A stretch of 50,934 nt of DNA from Chloroflexota bacterium (GTDB taxonomy: Bacteria > Chloroflexota > Limnocylindria > Limnocylindrales > CSP1-4): assembly GCA_021790715.1 (NCBI GenBank), contig JAJYGK010000038.1, positions 1 through 50,934 on the forward strand, read 5' to 3'. Below the pieces are notes generated by a model. That model worked only from the letters and a program-made list of their open reading frames with translations, searched no databases and had not been told where the DNA came from. Of the stretch, positions 40,963 through 49,562 are shown in pieces. Position numbers and translations under genes: made by a program. Position 1 is the stretch's first letter, and every line of letters starts with the position of its first letter.

Positions 40963-43440
40963 ATGGCGACCGTCCCCTCGTCGTCCGGGCAGGGCCCCGA
41001 TCCCGTTCCCGCCGTGCACGGCGACCCGCCCGGAACAGCGAGCCCGGGCCACTCGCTCGCGGACCACGCCGGCGCCGTCGGCCCCCACGCGGCGCCGCAG
41101 CGGTCGCCTCACCTGCCCGTGCACATCCCGAAGCGACCCCGGTTCATCGCCCCGGATCTCTGGGCGGGATGGAAGCCGAACGGGCTCGGCGAGCTGAAGC
41201 CGAACCACTACCTGGAGATCGCCGAGACGGTCTGGGACAACCGCCGGGCGCTTCCCTACGCGCTCCGGATCCTGCGCAACGGGGTGTGCGACGGCTGCGC
41301 CCTGGGCGTGACGGGCTTCCACGACTGGACCATGGACAGCGTCCACCTGTGCACGACCCGCCTCAGCCTGCTCAAGTACAACACCGCGCGCCCGCTGGAC
41401 CACGCGCGCCTGTCCGACGTCGAATCGCTCCGCGGAATGGACGGCGCCGCGCTGCGCGACATGGGACGCCTCGCGTACCCGATGCTGCGCCGCCGGGGGG
41501 AGGCCGGCTTCCACCGCGTCAGCTGGGACGCGGCGCTGGACCTCGTGGCCGATCGCATCAGGGCCGCCGGGCCAGACCGGATCGCCTTCTACCTGACGAG
41601 CCGCGGCATCACCAACGAGGTCTACTACGTCGCCCAGAAGGTGGCGCGCTTCCTCGGGACCAACAACATCGACAACGCCGCGCGCGTCTGCCACTCCCCG
41701 TCGACGGCCGGCCTCAAGCACGCGCTGGGCGTCGGCGCCACGACGATCTCGTACACCGACGTGCTGCAGAGCGACCTGGTCGTGATCTTCGGTGCCGACG
41801 TGGCCAACGCGCAGCCGGTGTTCATGAAGTACCTGTACCTGGCGCGCAAGGGCGGGACGAAGGTCGTCATGGTCAACCCGTACCGCGAGCCGGGAATGGA
41901 GCGGTACTGGGTCCCGTCGAACGTCGAGAGCGCGATCTTCGGCACGAAGATGACCGACGACTGGTTCCACGTGCACACGGGCGGGGACGTCGCGTTCATC
42001 AACGGCGTGCTCAAGATCCTGATCGCCGAGGGCGGCATCGACGAGCGCTTCATCCAGGCGCACGCGGTGGGGTTCGACGACCTGCGCGCCTCCCTGGAGC
42101 ACCAGTCCTTCGACGACCTGGAGCGCCTCAGCGGGACCTCGCGTGAGGAGATGGCCCGGTTCGCGAGGCTGTACGCGCAGGCGCGCTGCGCGGTGCTCGT
42201 CTGGGCGATGGGGATCACCCAGCACGTCCACGGCAGCGACAACGTCAAGGCGATGGTCAACCTGGCGCTGGCACGGGGCAACGTCGGGCGCGACGGCGCG
42301 GGGCTCATGCCGATGCGCGGGCACTCGGGCGTGCAGGGCGGCGCCGAGATGGGCGCGTACGCGACGGTGCTCCCCGGCGGTGTGCCGGTGACTCCGGAGA
42401 ACGCGGCCGACCTCGCGGCCCAGTACGGGTTCCCGATCCGCGGCGAGCGGGGCCTGTCGGCGGCCGAGATGGTCGAGGCCGGCGGACGCGGCGAGCTCGA
42501 CGTCCTCTACTCCAGTGGCGGCAACTTCCTCGACGTCCTGCCGGATCCCGAGCAGGTTCACGACGCGCTCGAGCGCGTGCCGCTGCGCGTCCACCAGGAC
42601 ATCGTGGTCACGTCGCAGATGCTGCTGGATCCCGCGGACGCGGTCCTGCTGCTGCCCGCCCGCACGCGGTACGAGCAGGCGGGGGGCGGCACCGAGACGA
42701 CCACGGAGCGGCGGGTCCTCTTCAGCCCCCACATCCCCGGGCCGAAGGTGGGCGAGGCGCGCACGGAGTGGGAGATCTTCGTCGATCTCGCGCGACGGGT
42801 GGATCCCGACCGCGCGCATCTCGTCGACTTCCGCACCGGGCGCCAGATCCGGGAGGAGATCGCGCGCGTCATTCCCATGTACCGGGGGATCGAGAAGCTG
42901 CACCGGTCCGGCGACCAGTTCCAGTGGGGCGGCCCCCGCCTCTGCGACGGATGGGTCTTCCCGACCCCCGACGGCCGCGTCCACTTCGATCCGGTCGAGC
43001 CGCCCGAGATGACGATCCCGGAGGGGTTCTTCCGGCTGTCCACGCGCCGCGGGAAGCAGTTCAACTCGATGGTCTTCAAGCGCCGCGACCCGCTGACGGG
43101 TGCCGCGCGCGACGCGCTGTTCATCGCGCACGAGGACGCCGAACGGCTCGGGCTGTCCGAGGGCGACGCGGTACTCGTGCGGTCCCCCGACGGTGAGGTC
43201 GAGGCGCACGTGAAGCTGTCGACGATCCGCCAGCGGAACGTCCAGATGTTCTGGCCGGAGGCGAACCCGCTGATCCAGCCCGGGCGACGCGACCCGGTCG
43301 GCCTCGTCCCCGACTACAACGCCACGGTCGAGGTGCTGCCGCTCGCGACCGCCCGGCGGACCGGCGCAGCACGATCGGCGACGGCCACTCCCGGCGACGC
43401 GGACCGGGGCGGGCTCGCCGGGGGCGTGGCCGCGCGCTGA
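40963..43440 (+). CDS. FdhF/YdeP-family molybdopterin oxidoreductase
   Basis: Track ORF of 825 aa with GGAGG 7 nt upstream. The N-terminal Cys cluster is GVCDGCALG...HLCT. The Mo-ligand region is RVCHSPS, with a TGC Cys codon and no in-frame TGA. Confidence 0.9.
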   Translation: MATVPSSSGQGPDPVPAVHGDPPGTASPGHSLADHAGAVGPHAAPQRSPHLPVHIPKRPRFIAPDLWAGWKPNGLGELKPNHYLEIAETVWDNRRALPYALRILRNGVCDGCALGVTGFHDWTMDSVHLCTTRLSLLKYNTARPLDHARLSDVESLRGMDGAALRDMGRLAYPMLRRRGEAGFHRVSWDAALDLVADRIRAAGPDRIAFYLTSRGITNEVYYVAQKVARFLGTNNIDNAARVCHSPSTAGLKHALGVGATTISYTDVLQSDLVVIFGADVANAQPVFMKYLYLARKGGTKVVMVNPYREPGMERYWVPSNVESAIFGTKMTDDWFHVHTGGDVAFINGVLKILIAEGGIDERFIQAHAVGFDDLRASLEHQSFDDLERLSGTSREEMARFARLYAQARCAVLVWAMGITQHVHGSDNVKAMVNLALARGNVGRDGAGLMPMRGHSGVQGGAEMGAYATVLPGGVPVTPENAADLAAQYGFPIRGERGLSAAEMVEAGGRGELDVLYSSGGNFLDVLPDPEQVHDALERVPLRVHQDIVVTSQMLLDPADAVLLLPARTRYEQAGGGTETTTERRVLFSPHIPGPKVGEARTEWEIFVDLARRVDPDRAHLVDFRTGRQIREEIARVIPMYRGIEKLHRSGDQFQWGGPRLCDGWVFPTPDGRVHFDPVEPPEMTIPEGFFRLSTRRGKQFNSMVFKRRDPLTGAARDALFIAHEDAERLGLSEGDAVLVRSPDGEVEAHVKLSTIRQRNVQMFWPEANPLIQPGRRDPVGLVPDYNATVEVLPLATARRTGAARSATATPGDADRGGLAGGVAAR

Positions 43441-43685
43441 TCCCCGGGGGGGCGGCTGCATGACGCTCAGGCCGGCGGCCGTCCGGCAGGCGAGGTCCGG
43501 ACGGGGTCGGTCGCGCCGTTGCGTCACCTGCACGAGGCCGACCGGCGTGACGCGCAGGCGCGTCACACTCGTGAGCATGACGCACGTCTCCGACGCGGCG
43601 CGGCGCGGGCGGTCGCGAGCGGCTCGTGTGCGGCTGCGCGGCTGCGCGGCCGAGCGGCACGCGAGGCCTGATCGGCCGATCGGGC

Positions 43686-44483
43686 CTACGCGGCGGATCG
43701 GCCCGCCACCCTCCCGGCGCCCTCCCGCCGGAGCACGGCGAGCGCGACCAGCTGGACCACCGCCACCGTCACGATCGCCAGGCCGAATGCCGGAACGACG
43801 CCGAGCGGCTGGACGGACGCGCTGACGACCGCGAGAAACGCGGCCGTCCCGAAGAGGCCGGTGATCACGCCGCGCAGGATCCCGACCGCGCCCTCGGGCC
43901 CGTCGCGTCGGTGCGTGAAGACCGCCAGCACGGTGGCGATGACGGGCAGCATCGCGAGGAGGCCGCTGGTCGAGGACCCGAGCACGGGCGCGGCCGCGGT
44001 CAGCGCCACCACGACGCCGGTGCCGACGGCCATGCGCAGCGGCAGCTCCCAGGCCGGCGCCGCCGACGCCGGGCGGAGGGCCGCGCCGCCCGGCATGGCG
44101 CGGAGCCCGGCGGCGAGCGCGACGACCGCAAGGACGAAGACGAGCCCCACCGGGAGGGCCAGTGCCGGCTGGAGTGCCAGCGCGGCCGCGAGCCAGCCGA
44201 TCCCGGCCGTCGCGATCGCGACCTGCCACCCACCCCGCCGCGCGGCTCCGGCGTACCCGAGGCAGAAGACGACGATCGCGATGTTGCCGGCGACCGACGC
44301 CTCGGCGGCGGACGCGGCGAAGGACGGGCCCCGGTCCAGCGCGAGGAAGAGCGCGACCGGCCCGGAGGTCAGCGGCAGCGACACGATCCAGCCGCCGATG
44401 ACAGGCCCCCAGCGCCGGGCGCCCAGGCTCGCGCCACCGATCAGCAGGGGCGTGATGACGAGCTTGAGGGCGAGAACGGTCAC
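43686..44483 (-). CDS. polytopic membrane protein, function unknown
   Basis: GTG 44483-44481 inside read-through track ORF 43686..46823 (265 aa). It is almost entirely hydrophobic, with about 7 helices. The start is uncertain. Confidence 0.55.
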   Translation of the reverse strand: MTVLALKLVITPLLIGGASLGARRWGPVIGGWIVSLPLTSGPVALFLALDRGPSFAASAAEASVAGNIAIVVFCLGYAGAARRGGWQVAIATAGIGWLAAALALQPALALPVGLVFVLAVVALAAGLRAMPGGAALRPASAAPAWELPLRMAVGTGVVVALTAAAPVLGSSTSGLLAMLPVIATVLAVFTHRRDGPEGAVGILRGVITGLFGTAAFLAVVSASVQPLGVVPAFGLAIVTVAVVQLVALAVLRREGAGRVAGRSAA

Positions 44484-44500
44484 ACCGGCAGAGTACGGCG

Positions 44501-44528
44501 CCACCGCCGGCGGGACGACCGGCGGTGG
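44501..44528 (-). other. 10-bp perfect hairpin in the intercistronic spacer
   Basis: CCACCGCCGG (44501-44510), an 8-nt loop, then CCGGCGGTGG (44519-44528). It lies 18 nt upstream of GTG 44483 and 63 nt downstream of the reductase stop. Confidence 0.6.
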
Positions 44529-44590
44529 CGTGGACGCGAGGAAGAGGCGGCCGGCGAGGGGGCGCGCCGGATCGCCTCTCCCGGGGAAAA

Positions 44591-46810
44591 TCAGCCCTGG
44601 CCGTTCGAGTGGCCGTCGGACCCGGCGGCAGCCGTCGGCGCAAGCTCCCTGAGCAACTGTTCCATGCGGATCCGGGAGTACGCCGGCCCCTCCGGGCGCG
44701 TCAGCTGGCTGAGCACGTCGGCCGGCAGGTCGTTGACGATCGCGTGGTTGGGGTTGAACAGCAGGTGTTCGTCGACCGCCAGGCCGAACGCGCTCCCCTC
44801 GTGCACGGCGTGGTACAGGTTCCGCGGCCGCACCGCGTCGCCCACGTTGAGCACGTGGACGCCCGCCGCCCGCAGCTCCTGGAACAGCCCGACCTTCGGC
44901 CGCGTGTGGCAGGTGACGATCGTGTCGACCGGGATGGTCGTCCGGTTGAAGTCCCGGTCCTCGAGCACGACCTCGCCGTCGCGGATCTCGAGCACCCGCG
45001 TGCTCGTCAGGACGGTGACGGGGTGCCTGTACGGCCGCGACGTGAGCACCTCGGCGTCGCCCTGCGCGAACCGCTTGCGCAGCACGTACATGTGGATGAC
45101 CTCCGTTTCCGCCGCGAACTCGCGGTTCTCGGTGACGATCGTCACCTCCTTGCCGTGCGCGCCGAGGAACGCCGCGGTGTCGGTCGCCGCGTAGTGGTCG
45201 CCCCAGAGCAGCACGCGCTGGCCGAGCTTCGTGAGCCGCCGGCCGCCGGGGTGGCACTCGCAGGAGATCTTCGGGCACGCCATCGCGTCCTCGAACGGCA
45301 CGACACGGTCCGCCCGTCCGTGCACGTCGGGCACGTAGGACTCGGCGCCGGTCGCGTTGAGCACGACGTCGTACCCGCGCAACTCGTCGACCGTCGGCGC
45401 GTGGCTGAGCCGGATGTCGACCTGCAGGTCGAGCAGCTGATCCCGGATCCAATCCAGGTACCAGCGCATCTTCTCCTTGCCCGGCACCAGGCAGACGTAC
45501 AGCATCGCCCCGCCGAGCTCGGCGGCCTGCTCGTACAGCGTGACCTGGTGCCCGCGCTCGGTCGCGATGCGCGCGGCCTCCATGCCCGCCGGGCCGCCCC
45601 CGACGACCGCCACGCGCACGGGCCTCTCCGTCCGGCGCATCTCCGCGTACTCGGGGTTGCCGCAGGCCGCGTTGATCGAGCACTGGATCTCGTGCTTCGC
45701 CATCAGCGACTCCTGCCAGCAGCCGCCCAGGCAGGAGATGCACTTCCGGATCGACTTGACGCGCCCGAGCTGCGCCTTCACCGGCCAGTACGGGTCGGCC
45801 AGGAGCTGGCGCGAGAGGCCGACCAGGTCGGTCTTGCCCTCGGCCAGGATCTGCTCGCAGTACTCCGGCTCGCGCAGTGAGTGGCTCGTGATGACCGGGA
45901 TGCGGACGGCCTTCTTGACCGCCTCTGCCGCGTACGTCGCCCAACCCTGCGGGTACTGCATCGGGTCGAAGCCCGCGCCCGCGCTCTCCTGGATGCCCTG
46001 GCTGATGTCGACTGCCGCGCAGCCGGCCTCCTCGAGCATGCGGGCGATCTCGACCCCCTCCTCGAGCGTGCGCCCGTCCGGGACGAACTCCTCGAACGAG
46101 TACCGCACGAGCACGGGGAACGATCGGCCGCACTTCCTGTGGATCTGGTCGACGATCGCGAGCGTGAAGCGCATCCGGTTCTCGAGCGTGCCGCCGAACC
46201 GGTCGGTGCGCCGGTTGAGGACGGGGCTCATGAACTCGGAGAGCAGGTAGCCGTGCGCGGCGTGGAGCTCGACCGCGTCGAAGCCCGCCTGCTTCACGCG
46301 CCACGCGGCCTCCGAGAACATGTCGACCAGCTCGAGGATCTCGGAGATCGACGCCTCGCGGATCTCCTTGCCCTTCTCCTCCGCGTTCTCGTAGATGATC
46401 TCGTGGCCCGCCGACCACGGGATCTTGATCACGCGGTCGTTCGCGCCGAGCGTGTTGTAGCGCGGGATCGCGCACTGCCGTCCGGGGTGCTGGAGCTGGA
46501 CGGCGCACTTCGAGCCGTAGCGGTGCATGCTCTCGGCGAGGCGCGCGAGGCCGGGGATGTAGTTGTCTCCGTCCGCGACGAGGCAGGTGACGGTCGGTCG
46601 CCCGGTCTTCATGTCCGGCGTCGTCGCGCCGACGATGATGAAGCCTGCTCCGCCGCGCGCGATGTCCGCGTGATGGTGGATGTCCCGCTCGCTGACCTCG
46701 CCGTCCGCGTGCGACGAGCTGATGTCGGTGGGAACGTGCACGATGCGGTTGGGCAGCTCGATGTTCCCGAGCTGGATCGGGCTGAACAGGTGCGGGAACG
46801 GCACGGCCAT
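44591..46810 (-). CDS. OYE-type FMN / [4Fe-4S] / FAD-NAD(P) oxidoreductase (2-enoate reductase / 2,4-dienoyl-CoA reductase family)
   Basis: Track ORF of 739 aa. The OYE barrel reads QLQHPGRQ and HAAHGYLLSEF. The Fe-S motif is CISCLGGCWQ...CSINAACG. The dinucleotide motif is VVGGGPAGMEAA. GGGGAGA lies upstream of the start. Confidence 0.9.
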   Translation of the reverse strand: MAVPFPHLFSPIQLGNIELPNRIVHVPTDISSSHADGEVSERDIHHHADIARGGAGFIIVGATTPDMKTGRPTVTCLVADGDNYIPGLARLAESMHRYGSKCAVQLQHPGRQCAIPRYNTLGANDRVIKIPWSAGHEIIYENAEEKGKEIREASISEILELVDMFSEAAWRVKQAGFDAVELHAAHGYLLSEFMSPVLNRRTDRFGGTLENRMRFTLAIVDQIHRKCGRSFPVLVRYSFEEFVPDGRTLEEGVEIARMLEEAGCAAVDISQGIQESAGAGFDPMQYPQGWATYAAEAVKKAVRIPVITSHSLREPEYCEQILAEGKTDLVGLSRQLLADPYWPVKAQLGRVKSIRKCISCLGGCWQESLMAKHEIQCSINAACGNPEYAEMRRTERPVRVAVVGGGPAGMEAARIATERGHQVTLYEQAAELGGAMLYVCLVPGKEKMRWYLDWIRDQLLDLQVDIRLSHAPTVDELRGYDVVLNATGAESYVPDVHGRADRVVPFEDAMACPKISCECHPGGRRLTKLGQRVLLWGDHYAATDTAAFLGAHGKEVTIVTENREFAAETEVIHMYVLRKRFAQGDAEVLTSRPYRHPVTVLTSTRVLEIRDGEVVLEDRDFNRTTIPVDTIVTCHTRPKVGLFQELRAAGVHVLNVGDAVRPRNLYHAVHEGSAFGLAVDEHLLFNPNHAIVNDLPADVLSQLTRPEGPAYSRIRMEQLLRELAPTAAAGSDGHSNGQG

Positions 46811-46920
46811 CGTCTCTCCCCATCCGTCGCCGCGTACGAGGTGGGACAGCGCGGCGAGCGATTGCTCTCGATCCCCTGGCAGCGAATCTGGCCGCCCGGA
46901 CCGGGTCGGGGCAATGTCAC

Positions 46921-46939
46921 AACTGGCCGAGTAACTGGC
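46921..46939. promoter_or_regulatory. direct repeat AACTGGC-N5-AACTGGC in the divergent reductase/AraC spacer
   Basis: Copies at 46921-46927 and 46933-46939, in the lowest-GC stretch of the 283-nt spacer. The operator role is inference only. Confidence 0.3.
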
Positions 46940-47093
46940 AGGAGCGGCTGCCGGCGCCTACGGCACTCCACCTTAGCGGGGGCGAATCGGGCCATACGGC
47001 CCTCCATCCACCCGCCGAAAGCCTCGATGATCATCCGTGCCCGACCGCTGGATCCCGGACGGTACGCCGGGGGTTTGAGGAGCACGCGTTCGA

Positions 47094-48074
47094 GTGGCCG
47101 TCTACGTCTGGCACTATCCGCTCGACCCGGACTTTCCACTATCGATTCTCGATTACGAGACCGCGGAGACCGAGGCCCGCCTGCACTGGCATGACTACAT
47201 GGAGATCGCCCTCTGCCTGGAGGGGACGGGGCGGTTCCTGTTCGGGCGCCGGGCGGTCCCGGTGGAGCCCGGCGACGTCGTCGTCGTGGACTACTCCGAG
47301 CCGCACGTCGCCGTCACCGACGGGCCCGACCCACTGCGGCTCCAGCTCGTGCTGTTCCTGCCCGAGCTGATCGCGCCGCCGGGCTGCCGCGCGTTCGACG
47401 CGGAGTACCTGACGCCGTTCACGCGACAGGGCGCACTGTCGAACCCGATCCGGCACGGCACGCTCCTCGCCGGCCACCTGGCCGCCACGTTCGAGGACCT
47501 GCGAACCACGTGGGAGCGCCGCGAACGGGCCGACCGCCACCTGCTCGATGCGAACCTCCGTCGCGCGCTGGGCCTGCTCGTCAGCGAATGGCGGCCGGCG
47601 GCGATCGACCAGGGCCTCGGAGACGCGGACCGGCTCGAGCAGGTCCGCCCGGTCCTGCGCTACGTCGAGGACCACTTCCGCGAGAACGTCACCCTCGAGG
47701 ACGTCTCCGCGTTCGTCCACGTCAGCCCGTCCCGCGTGCGACACCTCTTCAAGGAGGTGACGAACGTCGGGTTCAAGGAGTACCTGACGAACGTGCGCCT
47801 GGCAGAGGCCCGGCGGCTGCTCCTCGGCACCGACGTCACCGTGTGCGACATCGCGCGGATCGTCGGCTACACCAACATCCACCAGTTCTACAAGGTGTTC
47901 TACCGGTACAGCTCGATGTCCCCGGCCGACTACCGGCGCTACTACACGCTGGGCGACGCGAGGGGCGGATCGCCGCGCAGGATCGACGCGCCCCGCGGCG
48001 GCCTCCGCGCGCTCGACGAGCTCGACCTGGCGGCCGAGGTCGACGCTCCCCTTCCCGTCCCCATCGCGAGCTGA
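47094..48074 (+). CDS. AraC-family transcriptional regulator with N-terminal cupin domain
   Basis: Track ORF of 326 aa with a GTG start. The cupin region reads HWHDYMEIALCLEG. The C-terminal double HTH reads LEDVSAFVHVSPSRVRHLFK...CDIARIVGYTNIHQFYKVFYRY. Confidence 0.85.
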   Translation: MAVYVWHYPLDPDFPLSILDYETAETEARLHWHDYMEIALCLEGTGRFLFGRRAVPVEPGDVVVVDYSEPHVAVTDGPDPLRLQLVLFLPELIAPPGCRAFDAEYLTPFTRQGALSNPIRHGTLLAGHLAATFEDLRTTWERRERADRHLLDANLRRALGLLVSEWRPAAIDQGLGDADRLEQVRPVLRYVEDHFRENVTLEDVSAFVHVSPSRVRHLFKEVTNVGFKEYLTNVRLAEARRLLLGTDVTVCDIARIVGYTNIHQFYKVFYRYSSMSPADYRRYYTLGDARGGSPRRIDAPRGGLRALDELDLAAEVDAPLPVPIAS

Positions 48075-48162
48075 CGGCGGCGATCCCCCGACGCGTGCTA
48101 TCGTCGCCACTCCGCGCCGACGAGGCGCGCGGGCGACGTCTGGCGACCATGGGGGGCGTGCG

Positions 48163-49242
48163 ATGGATCGGCGTGTGCTCGTGCTGATCGGGACGAAGAA
48201 GGGCGCGTTCATCCTGGAGGGCGGCGCGGATCGCGACGCGCCGTGGCGGCTGCGGGGGCCGCTCTGCGAGGGCTGGCCCATCAACCACGTCTGCCAGGAC
48301 GCGGCAACCGGTCGCCTGTACGCGGGCGGCGGCAACCCGTGGTTCGGGGCGGCGGTCTGGCGCAGCGACGATCTCGGCGAGACCTGGACGCACTCCAGCG
48401 AGGGCCTGAACTACGGCCTCGATGCGAGCCCCCTCCGCTCCGTCTGGCACCTGACGCCCGCGCACGGGGCGCTGTACGCCGGGGTCGAGCCGGCGGGGCT
48501 GTTCCGCTCGTCCGACGGCGGCCTCACCTGGGCACACGTGGAGGGGCTGCGCGAGCATCCCTCCCGGCCTGACTGGAAGCCCGGCAACGGCGGCCTCATC
48601 TGCCACACGATCATCGCCCACCCGGACGATCCCGAGCGGATGTGGGTCGGGATCTCCGCGGTGGGCTGCTTCGCGACGGAGAACGGGGGCCGGACCTGGG
48701 AGGCCCGCAACCGCGGGGTCCGCGTCGACTTCATGCCCGACAAGTACCCTGAGACCGGCCAGTGCGTCCACAAGATGGCGCTCGCGTCCGGGATGCCCGA
48801 CCGGCTGTACCAGCAGAATCACTGCGGGACCTACCGCAGCGACGACGGCGGCCGCTCCTGGATCTGCCTGGACGACGGGCTGCCGTCGACGTTCGGGTTC
48901 CCGATGGTGGCGCACCCTCGCGATCCCGACACGGCCTTCACGGTCCCGCTCAACGGCGACGATCGGGGGCGGTTCGTGCCGGACGCCCGGATGGCGGTGT
49001 GGCGCACCTCGGACGGCGGCGCGTCGTGGCGCGCCCTCCGCGACGGGCTTCCGCAGGAGCAGGCCTACCTGGGCGTGCTCCGCGAGGCGATGGCCGTCGA
49101 CGACCTCGACCCGTTCGGCGTCTACGTCGGGACGAGCACCGGGCAGGTCTTCGCCAGCCGGGACGAGGGCGAGCACTGGGCGCGCATCGCGGACCTGCTG
49201 CCGCCCGTCTACTCGGTCGAGGCGGCCGTGGTGGCCGCCTGA
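48163..49242 (+). CDS. BNR/Asp-box (sialidase-like) beta-propeller protein
   Basis: Track ORF of 359 aa. It has repeated S-x-D-x-G-x-T-W boxes: RSDDLGETW, SSDGGLTW, TENGGRTW, RSDDGGRSW, TSDGGASW and SRDEGEHW. Confidence 0.82.
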   Translation: MDRRVLVLIGTKKGAFILEGGADRDAPWRLRGPLCEGWPINHVCQDAATGRLYAGGGNPWFGAAVWRSDDLGETWTHSSEGLNYGLDASPLRSVWHLTPAHGALYAGVEPAGLFRSSDGGLTWAHVEGLREHPSRPDWKPGNGGLICHTIIAHPDDPERMWVGISAVGCFATENGGRTWEARNRGVRVDFMPDKYPETGQCVHKMALASGMPDRLYQQNHCGTYRSDDGGRSWICLDDGLPSTFGFPMVAHPRDPDTAFTVPLNGDDRGRFVPDARMAVWRTSDGGASWRALRDGLPQEQAYLGVLREAMAVDDLDPFGVYVGTSTGQVFASRDEGEHWARIADLLPPVYSVEAAVVAA

Positions 49243-49255
49243 GGACGCCAGACCC

Positions 49256-49531
49256 ATGGCGACCGTCGTGCTGCCCCGGTCGCTCGTCGCGCTCTTTCCC
49301 GGCGCCGAGCGCCGCGTCGGGGTCGAGGGCTCGACCGTCGACGAGGTGATCGACGCCCTCGACGCGCGGTGGCCGGGGATGCGCGATCGGATCTGCGTGC
49401 CGGGGCCTGCCCTGCGCGAGTACATCAACGTCTTCGTCGACACGCGCCCGGCCGACCTGCAGACACCCGTGCCGCCCCTGGGCGTCGTGCACGTCCTGCC
49501 GGCGGTCGCCGGCGGCGCGACTGCCGGCTGA
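49256..49531 (+). CDS. MoaD/ThiS-family ubiquitin-like beta-grasp protein with a 4-aa tail after Gly-Gly
   Basis: Track ORF of 91 aa. Sequence reads TVDEVIDALDARWPGMRDRI...YINVFVD...VHVLPAVAGG-ATAG-stop. It starts 14 nt after the propeller stop. Confidence 0.8.
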   Translation: MATVVLPRSLVALFPGAERRVGVEGSTVDEVIDALDARWPGMRDRICVPGPALREYINVFVDTRPADLQTPVPPLGVVHVLPAVAGGATAG

Positions 49532-49562
49532 GGCGACCGACCCGTTCGCGCCGGCCCGGCCC

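Noticed and set aside
41689-41691. Selenocysteine at the Mo-ligand position of the YdeP-type enzyme.
   Set aside because: The codon is TGC (Cys) in RVCHSPS. There is no in-frame TGA and no SECIS-like hairpin requirement.
40918-44643. A 1241-aa minus-strand ORF antisense to the YdeP-type gene.
   Set aside because: Its composition (Arg/Pro/Gly/Ala runs) and lack of motifs are typical of antisense shadow ORFs in high-GC DNA. The plus-strand gene has clear family motifs.
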